64,000 nucleotides of DNA from Cyanophora paradoxa CCMP329. Taxonomy: Eukaryota; Plantae; Glaucophyta. The translations under genes and the position numbers were made by a program. Shown here piece by piece: positions 45,801-58,125 of the stretch (its first letter is position 1; each line of letters begins with the position of its first letter). Where the stretch lies: contig QPMI01000460.1 in NCBI GenBank assembly GCA_004431415.1, positions 1-64,000 on the forward strand, in the 5' to 3' direction. The notes beneath the pieces were generated by a model. It ran no database searches. It had not been told where the DNA came from and saw nothing but the letters and a program-made list of their open reading frames with translations.

Positions 45801-48800
45801 CCCCGCTCCGACTCGGCGAGGGCCGCCCGGCTCTCCTCCAGCCGCGCCGCCGCCTCCTCGCCCGCCGCGCGCGCCGCCCGCAGCTCCGCCGCCAGCGCCG
45901 CCCGCGCCGCCGCCGCCTCCGCCGCCTCGGCCGCCGCCGCCTCCGCCCGGCGCTCCGCCTCGGCCGCCTCGTCGGCGGCCTCCTGCCCGGCCTTGCGGGC
46001 CGCGGCCAGCTCGGCCTGCAGGGCGGCCCGCGCCCGCTCGCTCTCGCGGGCCTGGCCCCTCAGCTCCGCCGCCTCCCGCTCCAGCGCGGCGAGCCGCCCC
46101 GCCGCCTCGCCGCGCTCCTCGCCGGCCTCGGCCAGGGCGCCCCGCGCCGCCCGCAGCTCGCCCTCCAGCGCCGCCCGCGTCCGCTCCGACTCGCGGAGCG
46201 CGGCCTTGGCCTCCGCGCCGGCCCTCTCGGTGGCGTCGATGCGCGCCGTCAGCTCCGCGCGCTCCTTGGCGGCGGTCTCCTCCATGGCGGCGCGGGCCTC
46301 GGCGTGCCTCGCGCGGGCCTCCTGGAGGGCCTTCTCGAGCTCGCCGGCGCGCCGCTGGAGCCGCGCGCGCTCCTCCTCGAGCGACTCGGCGGCGATCTGA
46401 GAGGCCTGCAGCTCCGTCTGCAGCTCCGAGCGCTGCGCGGCCGAACGTGAGCGGAGACGGAGCAAGACGTGGCGGACAAGTTCACCTTGCGCTCGGCGTC
46501 GGCGTGCTTGGCTCGGACGTCGGCGAGCGAGGCGGCGAGCTTGGCGCCCTCTGCGCGCGCCACGTCCACCTCGGCCTCCAGCCCCTCGGCCCGGGCGCGC
46601 TGCCGCCGGGCCTCCTCCTCCGCCTCGCCCCCGGCCCGGCGCGCCTCCTCCAGCGCCCGCCGCGCCTCGCCGATCCCGTGCTGCGCCGCCGAGAGCCGCC
46701 GCTCGAGGTCGCCCCGCTCCGCCTCTCCGAGCGCAGGTCCCCCACGGCCGCCTCCAGCTGCGCCTCGAGTTCCGCCCCGCGCCGCTCCGCCCCGCCCGCG
46801 CCTCCTGCTGCTCTGCCGCCGCCGCCGCCGCCGCCCGGCGCTCCTGCTCGGCCGCCCGCCGCGCCGCCTCCAGCTCGGCGTGCAGCACCTCGGCCCGCTC
46901 GGCGGCCGCCCGCAACGCCGCCTCCGACTCGGCCAGGCGCGCCGCGAGGGACTTGCCCTCCTCCCGCGCCGCCCGCGCCTCCTCCCGCGCCGCGCGCTCC
47001 CCGCGTGCCCCCGCCGCCTCGCGCGCCGCCGCCTCCTCCAGCGCCCGCCGCGCCTCGTCTCGGTCCGACGAGGCCGCCGCCAGCGCGCCCCGCAGGCCCC
47101 CCGCCTCCTCCTCCAGCTCCTCCACCTGCGCCGCGCCCCTGAGCTCCGAGCAACCCGGTACCCCCTAGAACCGCGTACCCGGCCCCTCAGGACCTCCGCC
47201 TCGACCTCGGCGGCGCGGCGGGCCTCGGCGTCCTCCCGAGAGGCCCCCTCGGCGGCGCGGGCGCGCCCCTCCAGGCCCGCGACCTTCTCCTCGAGTACCC
47301 CCTTCTCCCGCTCCAGCGCTGTGGCGCGGGCCCTGTCCTCCAGCGCCGCCCGCTCCACCGCCTCCAGCTCCGCCTCGAGCTCCGCCGCCCGCTTCTCGGC
47401 GCCGCGCGCCGAGGCCGCCAGCCGGGCGCCTTCGAGCCTCAGGACGTCGCCCCGCGCCTCGAGGTCCGCCGCCGCCCGCTCCGCCGCCCCGTGCGCTGCC
47501 CGCAGCCGCGAGAGCTCCCCCTCGCTCGCCTCCAGGCCCTGCCCTGCTCATCAGGAAACGGGACCCGGCCGGGTTCGAGCCGGCGAACCGCGAGGGCCTC
47601 CTCGAGGGCGCGGGCGGCGCGGCGGGCTTCGTCCTCGAGCGCCGCGGCGCGCGCCTCGGCCGCCTCCGCCGTGTGGTGGCCCGTCTGCGGGAGCGAGCCT
47701 TGAGTGAGCCCACGAGAGGCGGGCCCGAAGGAGAGACGGGGGGGAGGGGGTACGGACCTCGAGCTCCGTTCGCATGCGGGCGACGCGCTGCTCCGACTCG
47801 GCCAGCGCCATCGCAACGCGCTTCGCCTGAGGCCCCCGGCTCAGAAAGCGCCCGGGCGAGCTCAAATGTTTACATTTGGGGGCGGGGGGGGGGGGGGGGG
47901 GGGGGGTACGGGCCTCCTTCTCGGCGGCCTCGGCGCGCGCCTCTGCCCGAGCCGCCCGCAGCGCGTCCGCCTGCCCCGCCCCTCATATGAGAAGGGGGGT
48001 GGGGAGCGGGGGGTACGGGGGGTACGGGACGCGCCTCGCTGGCCTTGTCGGAGGCCTCCTTGCGCCCCCGGAGCTCGTCCATCGCGGCGTAGAGCCGCCG
48101 GATCTGAGATCAGATCAGAAATGATCAGATCGGATCAGATCTGAGGCGCCGGGGGGTACCTCGTCCTCGAGCTTTGCGCGGGAGCCGACGGCGAGGCCCG
48201 AGGAGCCGTCCTCCTCCTGCTGCCCCCCGCGCCTCAGCGGGCGGGACAAAAGAGAGGAAATCGTCTCCTAGAGAAGATCCGCCTCCTCCTTGCTAGAGCA
48301 GAGAGCAGAGCAGAGCAAAGGAATGCATCTTCTGGAGAAGCCCCAGCGTCTTCTCTCTACCTTGTTCTTGCTCACCTGCTGGAGCTCGCGCCTGGACTGC
48401 GTGATGCGGGAGACGCGCTCCTCGAGCTGGTCCCACAGCCGGCTGATCTCCGCCGTCCGCGACGCCCGCTCCGCCGCCGACCGCCCGGACGCCTCCCCAG
48501 CGCCCTGCTCGCAGAGTGTTAGATGGTTCGGGTGAGGTTGGATGGCGGGGCGGATGGATGCGTTGGGATGGATAGATTAGGTTGGCACGGGAGGCGGCAG
48601 AACTACTCGGCAAAGAGGCGCCTCGCGCGGAGGCGGGCGGGGTACGGGGCGTGCCTGCGGGGAGGTGCGCGCCTCCAGCTGCAGGACGGAGGCGGACGAG
48701 GAGGGCGTGGCCGGCCGGCGCCGCGGGGGCGAGCCCCGCGTCGAGGGCGTGAAGAAGGGCTCCGTGCCTGCGCCGAAAATGAGCGACGGGGGGTACAGGC

Positions 48801-49782
48801 GGAGCCGGCTTCGTTCGCGTGCGCGCACGGTGGGAGAGGGGCGACACGGTGGCTGAGGCGGAGGGCGTGACGGCGGAGCGCATCGTCGTCCGCAGGTCCC
48901 GGATCGATCGGCGCAGGTCCGCGATGCGCGCCACCTCGGTTTCGGCGGAGGGAAGCGCCGAGTGCGAGTGGCCCTGGCTCCGCATCGACCGGTCGGGCGT
49001 CCCCTGCGGCCGCTCGCTCGCTCGGCCGGCCGCCGCGGCGGGGCGCGAGGCGAGGCGAGGCGGCGGCGGCCGCGGACCTTCCGGGGCGGGGACGGGGCGC
49101 TCGCGGCGATGCGCCCGGCGAACTGGCGCGGGCGGTGAGCGGGGGGCGGGGTCACGGAGGTTCCTTCGTTCGTTCGCACCCGCTCGCGGAGCGCGTTCAC
49201 GCGGCGGAGGAGCACGCCCCTGTCGCACTGGGCGAGCGCGAGGTGCACGACCTGCGCGCGGCCGCCGATCAGATTCGATTCCCTTCACCCGAGAAGAAGA
49301 AGAAGCGGGATCGTCCTCGCGGGGCGCACGCGGTCGGCGAGCGCCTCCTTCTTGGACTGGAGGATGCGGTGCACGCTGGGGCGGCGGTGCGGGTCGAGCA
49401 TGAACTCGGAGAGCGCCTGCAGCTCCTCCCAGCCGCCCCGCGCGAGCCGCTCCTCCAGGACCTGCAGCTTCGTGAAGAGCTCCTCGGGCGCGTCGAGAAG
49501 CCGCCGGCTGTTGTCCGGCGACAACGCGTCCATCGCCTGCGCGGACGCACGCGGAATCCGTTCAGAGCGGACAAGGCGGCGCACGGCGGTTAGCGGTAGG
49601 GGCCGGCGGGCGGGCCAGGCGGCGGCAGGCGGGCGGGAGCGCACCGGGTCGAGGAGGAGCCACAGCCAGAACGAGGACTCTGCGTCCTCGCGCTGCTCGG
49701 CGACCGAGGCGCTCGTCTCGAGCGTGCGGGCCAGCATCTTCGATGGCGACATGCCCCGCGAGCTGGACCGCGAGGACGACAT
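42882..49782 (-). CDS. Very long Ala/Glu/Arg-rich coiled-coil protein with duplicated exons and a small C-terminal Cys/His motif
   Basis: Heptad-rich ORFs span 43300-48500. The N-terminus is MSSSRSSSRGMSPSK. The last exons read AYITN|GDVYHTQGCPAL...SRCPSN*. Confidence 0.75.
44090..45700 (-). repeat. Tandemly duplicated coding exon units in the coiled-coil gene
   Basis: The block RAA(A/V)KELERAK(A/G)QLE occurs three times. 44378-44630 and 45441-45690 are near-identical DNA. Confidence 0.85.
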
Positions 49783-49886
49783 GGCCAGAGTTCCCTGGCC
49801 TCGTGAAACTCGACTCGGAACGTGCCCGCTGGCCGGCGTTTGGCGCGAGTTCCGGGGTACGTGGCAAAACGCCGCGCCTTCGAGCC

Positions 49887-52800
49887 ATGGATCCCGACGT
49901 GCACTCGGAGAACGATGTGCGGCACGTTCACACCGACGACGTTCACGTTTGCACGCGTTCGTCGTTCAGGTGGACCGCGCCGCGCGCCGGCGCTCGGCAG
50001 CCGCGCTGAGCCCGCGCCCCGCGCAGATGCGACCACCTGCGGGAATACATAAAGGACCTGCCCCAGTACCAGAGTCCCCTGTGCGCTGTGCTCGCCGCGG
50101 GCAAATGTTGACGAGAGCTCGAGCGCGCTCGCACGTGTGCGCCTGGCCGCGCGCGCTCCGGCTTCACGCGTGCGCTCGCAGGCTGGCCGACATGAGTTCA
50201 CGCTGCAGCACGAACGTGCACGGCGGGAAGATCTGCCCGTACTTCTTCGTCCCGGTGCGCTCCCGAGCCTTGCCTCTTTCATTCCAGCCCGCGCTGATGG
50301 GTTGAGCGGTCGTGCCGCCGGCCCGTGCGGCACAGGACGACTCGCTGGTTGAATACGGCGCGCCGCGGCCGCGCTCCGCCCGCTTTGATCGTGAATTCGC
50401 GCGGCCGCGTGACCTCCGCCGCGTGCCCGGCCGCGGCCCGCAGACATCATCCACCAGAACGACGTGGACTACAAGTGCCGCGAGATGGTCCGCGCCGGGC
50501 CCCGCTCGCAGATCGTGTTCCAGCCGAGGTGCGCGTCCGATGGGCCTCGATTTCGAATCTGATCGAATTTCGAATTTTGAATTTCGACTTTCGCCGCAGC
50601 GAGGTCAAAGCAGCCATCGTGACCTGCGGCGGCCGCGCGCCCTCCGCCCGCTCCCCTCGCCGCCTGCCGGCGGCCCGCCGACGCCCCCATGCGCAGTCTG
50701 CCCTGGTTTGAACGTCGTCATACGGTGCCACGCATTTCAACGCTATCGCTCGTCAAGGAGCGAACTGCTGACGTGGGCGCGATCTCCGCCAGGGAAATCG
50801 TCATGTCGCTGACCCACAACTACGGTCAGCGCGGCTTCCCTCTCTTAACTCTCGCAGCGCCCGCCCCCCGAGCTCACGCGCATCTCCCCGGACCCGGCCC
50901 CAGGCGTCACGCACATCGAGGGCATCCAGTGCGCGCCGCGCGGGCGTCCCGCGACCGTACCCCCCGCGCGCCGTCTCGAAATATCGTAGGTACGGCTACC
51001 GCGGCTTCTACGACGAATCGTGTCCCCCCGTGCCACTCACCCCACGGGTCCGAATCCGCCGGCCCTCCCCTCGCCCGTCCATTCACGTACCCCCACCCCC
51101 AGATTGTCGAGTCGATCCACACACTGGGGGGCACCATCCTCAAGTCATCCCGCGGGGGTACGCGGCCCCGGCGCGCGCGCACCTGTACCCCTTCGGGCCT
51201 CATTCCCGCAGGCTTCGACCTGGATCGAATCGTGGGCGCCATCGAGGCGCGTACCCCCCCCCCAACTTCCCCTCTCCCCTCCGGCCCGCTCTCAGCCCTG
51301 TACCCCCCAGGCCCGAGGCCTGAACCAGATCTTCGTGATCGGCGGCGACGGGGCGCACCGCGGGGCGCGGGAGATGGCGTCGGCCTGCCGCCGCCGCGCC
51401 CTCAAGGCACGAGGCCGGGCTCCCCTCGGCCCCGCCGCCGGCTGGCTAGCCGGCGCCGCCGCGCCCTCCGAGCGAACCCTCGCGCGCCCCCTCAGGTTTC
51501 GGTCATCGGAGTGCCCAAGACGATCGACAACGGTGCGCCCGCCCGCGCCCGTGCCCGCGCCCGCCTACCCCTGCTCGCCTGACGGAGCCGCCTACAGACA
51601 TCCCGTACATTGGTCCGCTGCCGCCTGCGCCGCGATCGCGACGGCTTTGCAGCCGCCCGCCCTTCTAACCCGTACCCCCGCTACCCCTCCTGCGCCCCGC
51701 AGACCAGTCTTTCGGCGCGGCGCCTCCCCCCTCCCCCTCGCCCTTCCCCCTCCGTTTATTCCCCCCCGGCAGGATTCGACACGGCGGTCGAGGAGGCCCG
51801 CCGCGCCATCGAATCCGCCCTCGTCGAGGCGCGAAGCTTACCCCCTCTCCCGCATCTGATCTGATCTGATCTGATTTGAGCAGAGCCGCAACTTCTACAA
51901 CGGTGGCCCATATGCCACGCCATGCCCGCTGCGCTCTCCTGATTCGAACTAATCTGGCCCGGTTGACGCCTTGGCGCTGGCGCCAGGGGTTGGGGTGGTG
52001 AACCTCATGGGCCGCTCCGCCGGCTTCATCGCGTGCGCCCCGACCCTGTACCCCCACCCGATCCGACCCCTCTCCCCCTCTCTTCGAGCGTGTACCCCCG
52101 CAGGATGCACGCCACGCTGGCCGCCCGTGACGTCAACCTCTGCCTCATCCCCGAGGCGCCCCGTACCCCCCTGCAGCCCTTTTCCCCGACAATGATTCTA
52201 GTACCCTCTCCCCAGGTCAAGTTCTGGCTGGACGGCCCTGGGGGGGTACTCCCGTACATCTTTGACGTCGTCCGCCGCCAGGTGCGACCCCGTACCCCTC
52301 TCGAGCTCCCTGGAGCCAGTTCGAAACGGTACCCAGGGCTCGGCGGTGGTGGTCTGTGCCGAGGGGGCGGGGCAGGACCTCCTACCCCCCGTGCGCTCCT
52401 CCCGGACCCGTCCGCCGAGCTTCTCGCGGAGTTCGAACTTCTTCGTACCCCCCAGGTTAATGAAACGGACGCTTCAGGGAACCCCAAGCTCGCGAAGGTC
52501 TTTTTCTTACCCTGTCTCCTTCATGTTTGCAGAAATCTTCGTTTAATTTAACCCGCGGTCTGTCCGGTACCCCAGATCGGACTGTTCCTCGTGGATGAGA
52601 TCAAAGGGTACTTCAAAAAGAAGGGGGTCGAGTCGAACGTCAAGTACGTGGACCCGGGTACGCGGTTCTTGGTTTGATGCGTGTTCTACCGTAGTACCCC
52701 GCCCGTTCCGGCCCCGCTCACGGACGCCAGGGTACATGATCCGATCGACCCCTGCCAACTCTTCGGATTCGCTGTAGTGAGCGGCGCCCCCGCCCCCGCC

Positions 52801-53687
52801 CGCCTCGCCCGGCGCCCCCCGATCGCGTACCCCCCTCGCAGCTGCACCGTCCTCGCTCGGGCGAGCGGCTTCTCCCCCGCCCGCAGCTTTCGCCCCCTTC
52901 CCGCGCCCCATTCCGCGCCTGCTGACTCTGCCCGGCCCCGCCCCGCCCCGCTCCCTCCAGAACGCGACCCACGCCGGTCTGCTTCCTTTGCGGCTCCTTC
53001 CCATCCTCTTTCTAATTTTGTTCCTGACTCCCCCACCCCCCCACCCGGCTCAGCCTTTGCTGGGTACACGGGCGCCACCTGCGGGAAGGCGCGGTTCCTT
53101 CCACCACCCCCTGAGCCTCCGGATCTGTACCCGCTCCCCTCAGGCGTACCCCCCCCCGCAGGTCAATCAGCGCCACGTCCTCCTCCCCATGGAGGCCGTC
53201 GTGCGTACCCCCCTCTCCCGCCCCCTCCTCCCCACTCTTCCCCGTCTAATCTCTTCTGCTTCTACCTCACCAGATCACCTCGGCCCAAGTGCGGCCCTGC
53301 TCCCGGATGTGGTACCGGGTCCTGCTCTCCACGCTCCAGGTACCCCTGGCGCTCTTTCTCCCCCCAAAAAAAGGCCGGACCCTAACCCGGGGGTACGCCG
53401 GCAGCCGGATCACTACCACCACGCGAAGCTGGAGGATCACGAGGCGAGGCCGAGCCCTCCGCCTCCGCCTCCGTCCCGCTCCGCCCCTGACCCTTTGGAG
53501 GACGCAGGCCCAGCTGCAGGTCGCCGCTCCCGCGAAGGAAGCGACGTCGGCGGGCCCGGGGGCGGATGCGGATTCGAAGGCCGCTGGCGCTGGCGCCGCC
53601 GCCGCGCAGCAGAAGACGGTGGACGTCGCGGGGGCCGGGGGGGCGATCCCCGGCGCCGTCCCCGTGCCCGCGCGCCCCGAGGCGTGA
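49887..53687 (+). CDS. PFK: ATP-dependent 6-phosphofructokinase (plant/group X type), about 32 exons
   Basis: RAGPR, AAIVTCGG|LCPGLNVVI|REIV, GYRGFY, GGTILKSSRG, IGGDGAHRG, GVPKTIDN|DI, GFDTAVEEA, LMGRSAGFIA, LIPE, AEGAGQ, DASGN, KYVDP|GYMIRS. Stop TGA at 53687. Confidence 0.93.
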
Positions 53688-54147
53688 ATAATCGAATCCG
53701 AGGAGCCTCTGCGAGGAGACCGGCACGCTTCCGAGGCGTGGCTCCCGGAGCTGCCTCTAGGCTCCCCCTCCCTCTCCCTCTCCCTCTGATCACCACGGCC
53801 CCCTCTGTGAATAATCGAAAGCAAGCAAATCAATTAATTCAATGTGGAAGGGCCGACGCCGGCGCCGGCGCCGGCGCCGCAGCCGCGGGCTCGTGCCTCA
53901 TGCATGAAGGCCCCCGCATTACGTGGGGCGCGGCAGGCCTACGCATACACTAAATTCGAAGAAACGACGTCGACTTCGACATTCTCAACGTTAACAGGTG
54001 GAAATTTAAAGTACTTATAATTATGTTGTACATGTGGTTGCTGTAAATAGGCCCTGAGGTGCTATCTAGATCCTTACATATACCATGATGAATGTGGAAA
54101 CCTGATCATGCATGCGATCATGATCATGCATATGATCATGAATGTCC

Positions 54148-54305
54148 CGCACAGTTCGGTCACAGGTTCGAATTCGGTGTTTCGTTGGCAGGTTCGGTCA
54201 CAGGTTCGGTGTTTCGGTGGCAGGTTTCGTGTTTCGTTCGGTGTTTCGTTGGCAGGTGTTTCGGCACAGTTCGGTCACAGGTTCGAATTCGGTGTTTCGT
54301 TGGCG
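54148..54305 (+). repeat. Cluster of short direct repeats (ttcggtgtttcg; cacagttcggtcacaggttcgaattcggtgtttcgttggc twice), probably a transposon subterminal region
   Basis: Direct repeats at about 54149 and 54264 begin with CACAG, like the CMC elements upstream. No partner end was found. Confidence 0.55.
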
Positions 54306-54519
54306 GAACCTGGAGGCCAGCTGTAAGTCCAGGGCCGGAACTTCGGGAGCCAGGAGGTCGCCACTTGAGTCGAGATCCACTGTCGCGAGGAAACGGGCGC
54401 CGAGGGCAATTGCAGGCCCCACTGCTCCGCAAGCGGCGCGATGGGCACCTGCAGCTGCGACGTCGACGGAGCAAGCTGGGTAAGAAAAATGGTGAACTCG
54501 AACGGGAAAGCTTAAGAAA

Positions 54520-57500
54520 GATCTAGCCTAGGAGGACAGGCGTGAGGGTGGCGGCGCGCGCACCGGGCGCATACAGGACGGGGGAAATTGCAAGGGACGA
54601 ATCGGGCCGGTACCGGAGGCGGCAGAGGAACGCAAGAATTCGAAGGACGGCTCGCACGGGGCATGCGCAGCTCCGACGGCCGCGCCGACAAAGGGGAGGG
54701 ACGCCAGCGAGCCATGGCCAGCTGCAGGCCCAGGGAAGGCGAGTGGCGGCAAGTGGGGTCCGTGCACGTGGTCGCGATATCGATATCGATCGGCTTCAGC
54801 TGCGCATGCCGCCGGGGAGCCGTGCATGCGCAGAGCGGGCGGAACCGGCTGCAGCACGGGGTCTTCTTTCGCGCCGCTTTCGGCGCCGAATTCGAAGTCG
54901 TAGGCGGAATCGTGCACGTGCTCGAACTCGTCGCGATCGCAGGGTGCCGGTGCGCATGCCGGCGGGCTCGTGGCGGGGGATTCGGATGCGGAGAAGGAGT
55001 TAACGTTCATGATCAGCTGCACCGCCGCGGCCGACGGCGCTGACACGGAGGATCGATATCCGGATCCGGAGCTCGAGGCGACCCCCGCGGCCGGGCGCCG
55101 GCGGCAGCTCGCGATCGCGGCGGGCGCCTGTGCCGACGTGCTGCCCGCACGGACGTCGACGCTGCACTCCGACCCCGATCGCGATCGCGATCGCGAGGGC
55201 GATCGCGAGGGGGATCGCGGGCTGTCCTTCATCTTCGCTCGCGCGCGCCGCGGCCGCTTTCGCTTCGCGATCTCCTTGGCTGCGCGAAAAAGGATAATTA
55301 CATTCGGATCCGGATGCCGGCGCCGCCGGTGGGTGCATATTCGATTCGGAAGTCGGCGCCGGCTGGCTCGTAATCGCGCGCGCGGGATCGCCGCAGACAC
55401 TCACCCTTCAGCCTCAGCTCCTGCACGAAGAGAGAATCCGGGGGTGTCGCCCGCGAGGTGAGGCCGGCCTTGTGCGCACGCGTGACGATCTCGATCACCC
55501 CGCTCACGCTGACGACTGCAGATTGCTCGGTGCCCTTTCCGGCTTGCATGTGCATCTGGTTGCCTGTCGCGATGCGTTCGACATCGATCTTGAGCTCGAA
55601 AGCTCGCTTCTCGTGACGGAACTGCCGCGCAACGTCAACGATCTATAGCTATAGCTAGATCTAGATCTAGATCTAGTGCGTGTGTGTAAAGATCTAGATC
55701 TAAATCTAGTGCGCGTGTGTAAAGAATCTGAGATTATAATCTCACCGTAGAGGCCAGTACGCCGAAAGTCTCCACAGACTCTCCATTTTCGTCGATCGTC
55801 AAGCGCACCTGACCGAAACGATTGCGATGAGTACGACGAATTCACTCATGGTCGACGTCAGTGAGGCGCCCCTGATCATGATTGACCATGCAAATTAAAT
55901 GTGCAAATCTAGAGCCAATGATCGCAAGAAGCACATCACGGGATGCACGTATATACGTTTATATACTCTGGAAGCTAGAAGGATTCTGGAAGAGAATACT
56001 CTGAAGAACGTTAACGTGCGAAAGTTCACCACGCGCGTCTGCCGTGCGTTGCGTAGGGCGCCGGAGCCGTTGGCGTTGGCGCCAACCTCGAACTCGAGCA
56101 GGGGGCCGCCGTCGACGTCCCCCTTAAGCTTCGGCTTGCCGGGCCCCTCCGACTCGTCCTCGAGCTCGAGATCGCCGTCGCCGTCTGAACGGACCGTCGG
56201 ACGGTCGCTCATGATCAGCAGGCGGCGAGCTCGCGATCGAGCTCGCGGATCCGAAACGATGCGAAGTCTCGCACGTTCCGTGCCGTTCGCGATCGCGAGC
56301 TCGAGCTCGCGGAGGCGCTTGAGCTTGGTGCGCCCGTATCCGGTGGGTTTGTCCGGCCGCACAGCGTGGGTGACCGCGCTTCCGTCGTCTAAAAGAGGGC
56401 GCCGTCGAACAGCGTGAGCACACGTCGAGATCTAGAAGGAAAAGCGCGCACAGCCGTCTCGAGCTTTATTGCGCACCTCGGTAGACCAGTGACACCCGAA
56501 GCGACGTGCCCATCCAGGACGCAATAGCAGCGGGAGACGGATCGGCGAGTCGAAGCTTGTATTGTCTGCGAGATGCGCACTGCAGCGTGAGAACTTCGAA
56601 TTCGGAATATCGAATTTCGCGGGAGTCTGAAAGAGTCGTGTATGTAATTATACGCGCAGCTCATGGATTAAATTACTGTCCCAGTGGTCTATAAACATAT
56701 TTGTACATGTACACGTGCAATTGCAATTTGTACGTATGCACGTGAAATTGCAATGACAAATGATCATGACACACGTGCAACATGCATATGTTTTAATAAT
56801 CAGGACGCTAGACACATTCTAGATCTGTTAACGTTACACGTGCACGTGCACGCGTGTAATTATAATGCGTATATGTGTATCTAGCGCTAGCACATTAGGT
56901 GCGCATATATATTCCAAGCGCACCGAGTGGTCAGGAGGGCATATCGGATACAGTTCGGGTATGCACGTGCACAGGAAGTCTCTTGTTCCCTCGGAACTTC
57001 TCCGAATGCTGCGCGACATTGATCATATGCATATGCATATGCATCGGCGCGGATCAAAATTCGCAAGGTGTATCGCTGTAGATACATTTATTTCTTTATG
57101 GAGTCAAAGGAGTTTGCAACATCTAAACGCGCCGGCCCCGCGGCGCGCGACGCACGGGCGCCGCAGCTGGATCCGACGCGGTGGAGGAGGACGAAGGTCG
57201 TGCACGTACGCATGGCGCTGCCGGCAGCTGGTCCCGAAGGGGGAGCAGGGCTGGTGCCGGCATGCGCGGCGATCGCGAGCGCGGACAGAACGCGAGAATG
57301 GGCCGATCCGGGGCTCCAGCTCTCGCGATCGAGCTCGTATACGTACTCCTCCGCGTCGCTGGCGCTGGCATCCGGATCCAGGTCCGAGGGCGAGGGCGAT
57401 TTCGAAGAAGGGCGCCGGCACGATTCCGGATCGGCCATCGATATATCGGGCGCGTGCACGTGGGGGCTGCACTACCCAGCGCTCCGCGTGCCCCGCGCGC

Positions 57501-57560
57501 GGCCCCCGGGGGCCGCGGACTTATATAATTACGTCAACGTTGCGCACTGGTACGTATACC
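54520..57560 (-). pseudogene. Decayed coding-like region saturated with palindromic micro-insertions; origin unidentified
   Basis: GC-rich fragments with coding-like text (PDKPTGYGRTKLKRL, DASASDAEEYVYE) are broken by runs such as gagctcgagctc and gatcgcgatcgc. No clean splice pattern. Confidence 0.4.
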
Positions 57561-57913
57561 GTCATATGCGCTGTAGCTATACTGCAGAGTACTACGGTAG
57601 GCGTCGACGTCGGTAGCCTATAGCTCAAAACTGCTAGGCTAAATATGCATGGCTAGCTATACTACTACTATAGCTAACATGCGCGCGCGCGCGGCTTTCC
57701 CGGCCAGCCGGGGTAGCTAGTCACGAGTCACGACTCACGACTCACGAGTCATGTCTCATGAGTCGAACTCGTGAGTTACACAGGTAACCGCAGTACACAT
57801 AATATATATAACATATTTCTGCTTATTGGTTTTGGTGAATTACCGGCCACATTACCGGAATTTGTTTCGGTGAAATTTTTGTTACCGGAACCAGGCTGGT
57901 CCAGGCAGCACTA

Positions 57914-58125
57914 CCGTGTAACACTTATTAATGCGCCAGAAATTAATGCCTTTTTGGCTGCGTTAGGGGGGTACGTATGTGTACAAACCGCAGTTTTCTT
58001 AGCGTTTCAATATTAATGCGGTCGACGTCGACGTCCCGAATTAATGCGTTTTGTCACCAAAAAGCGCATTACTGTACCGCATTACTTAAGTGCGCGCATT
58101 ACTTATAAAATTAAGTGTTACACGG
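57914..58125. mobile_element. Tc1/mariner(pogo)-type MITE with the same terminal sequence as 31938-32198
   Basis: TA|ccgtgtaacactta...taagtgttacacgg|TA, with subterminal taatgcg/cgcatta repeats. Confidence 0.85.

Noticed and set aside
36640-53687. Carbohydrate-metabolism gene cluster (starch synthase plus PFK)
   Set aside because: Only two genes, separated by unrelated XRCC4 and coiled-coil genes; no evidence beyond proximity.
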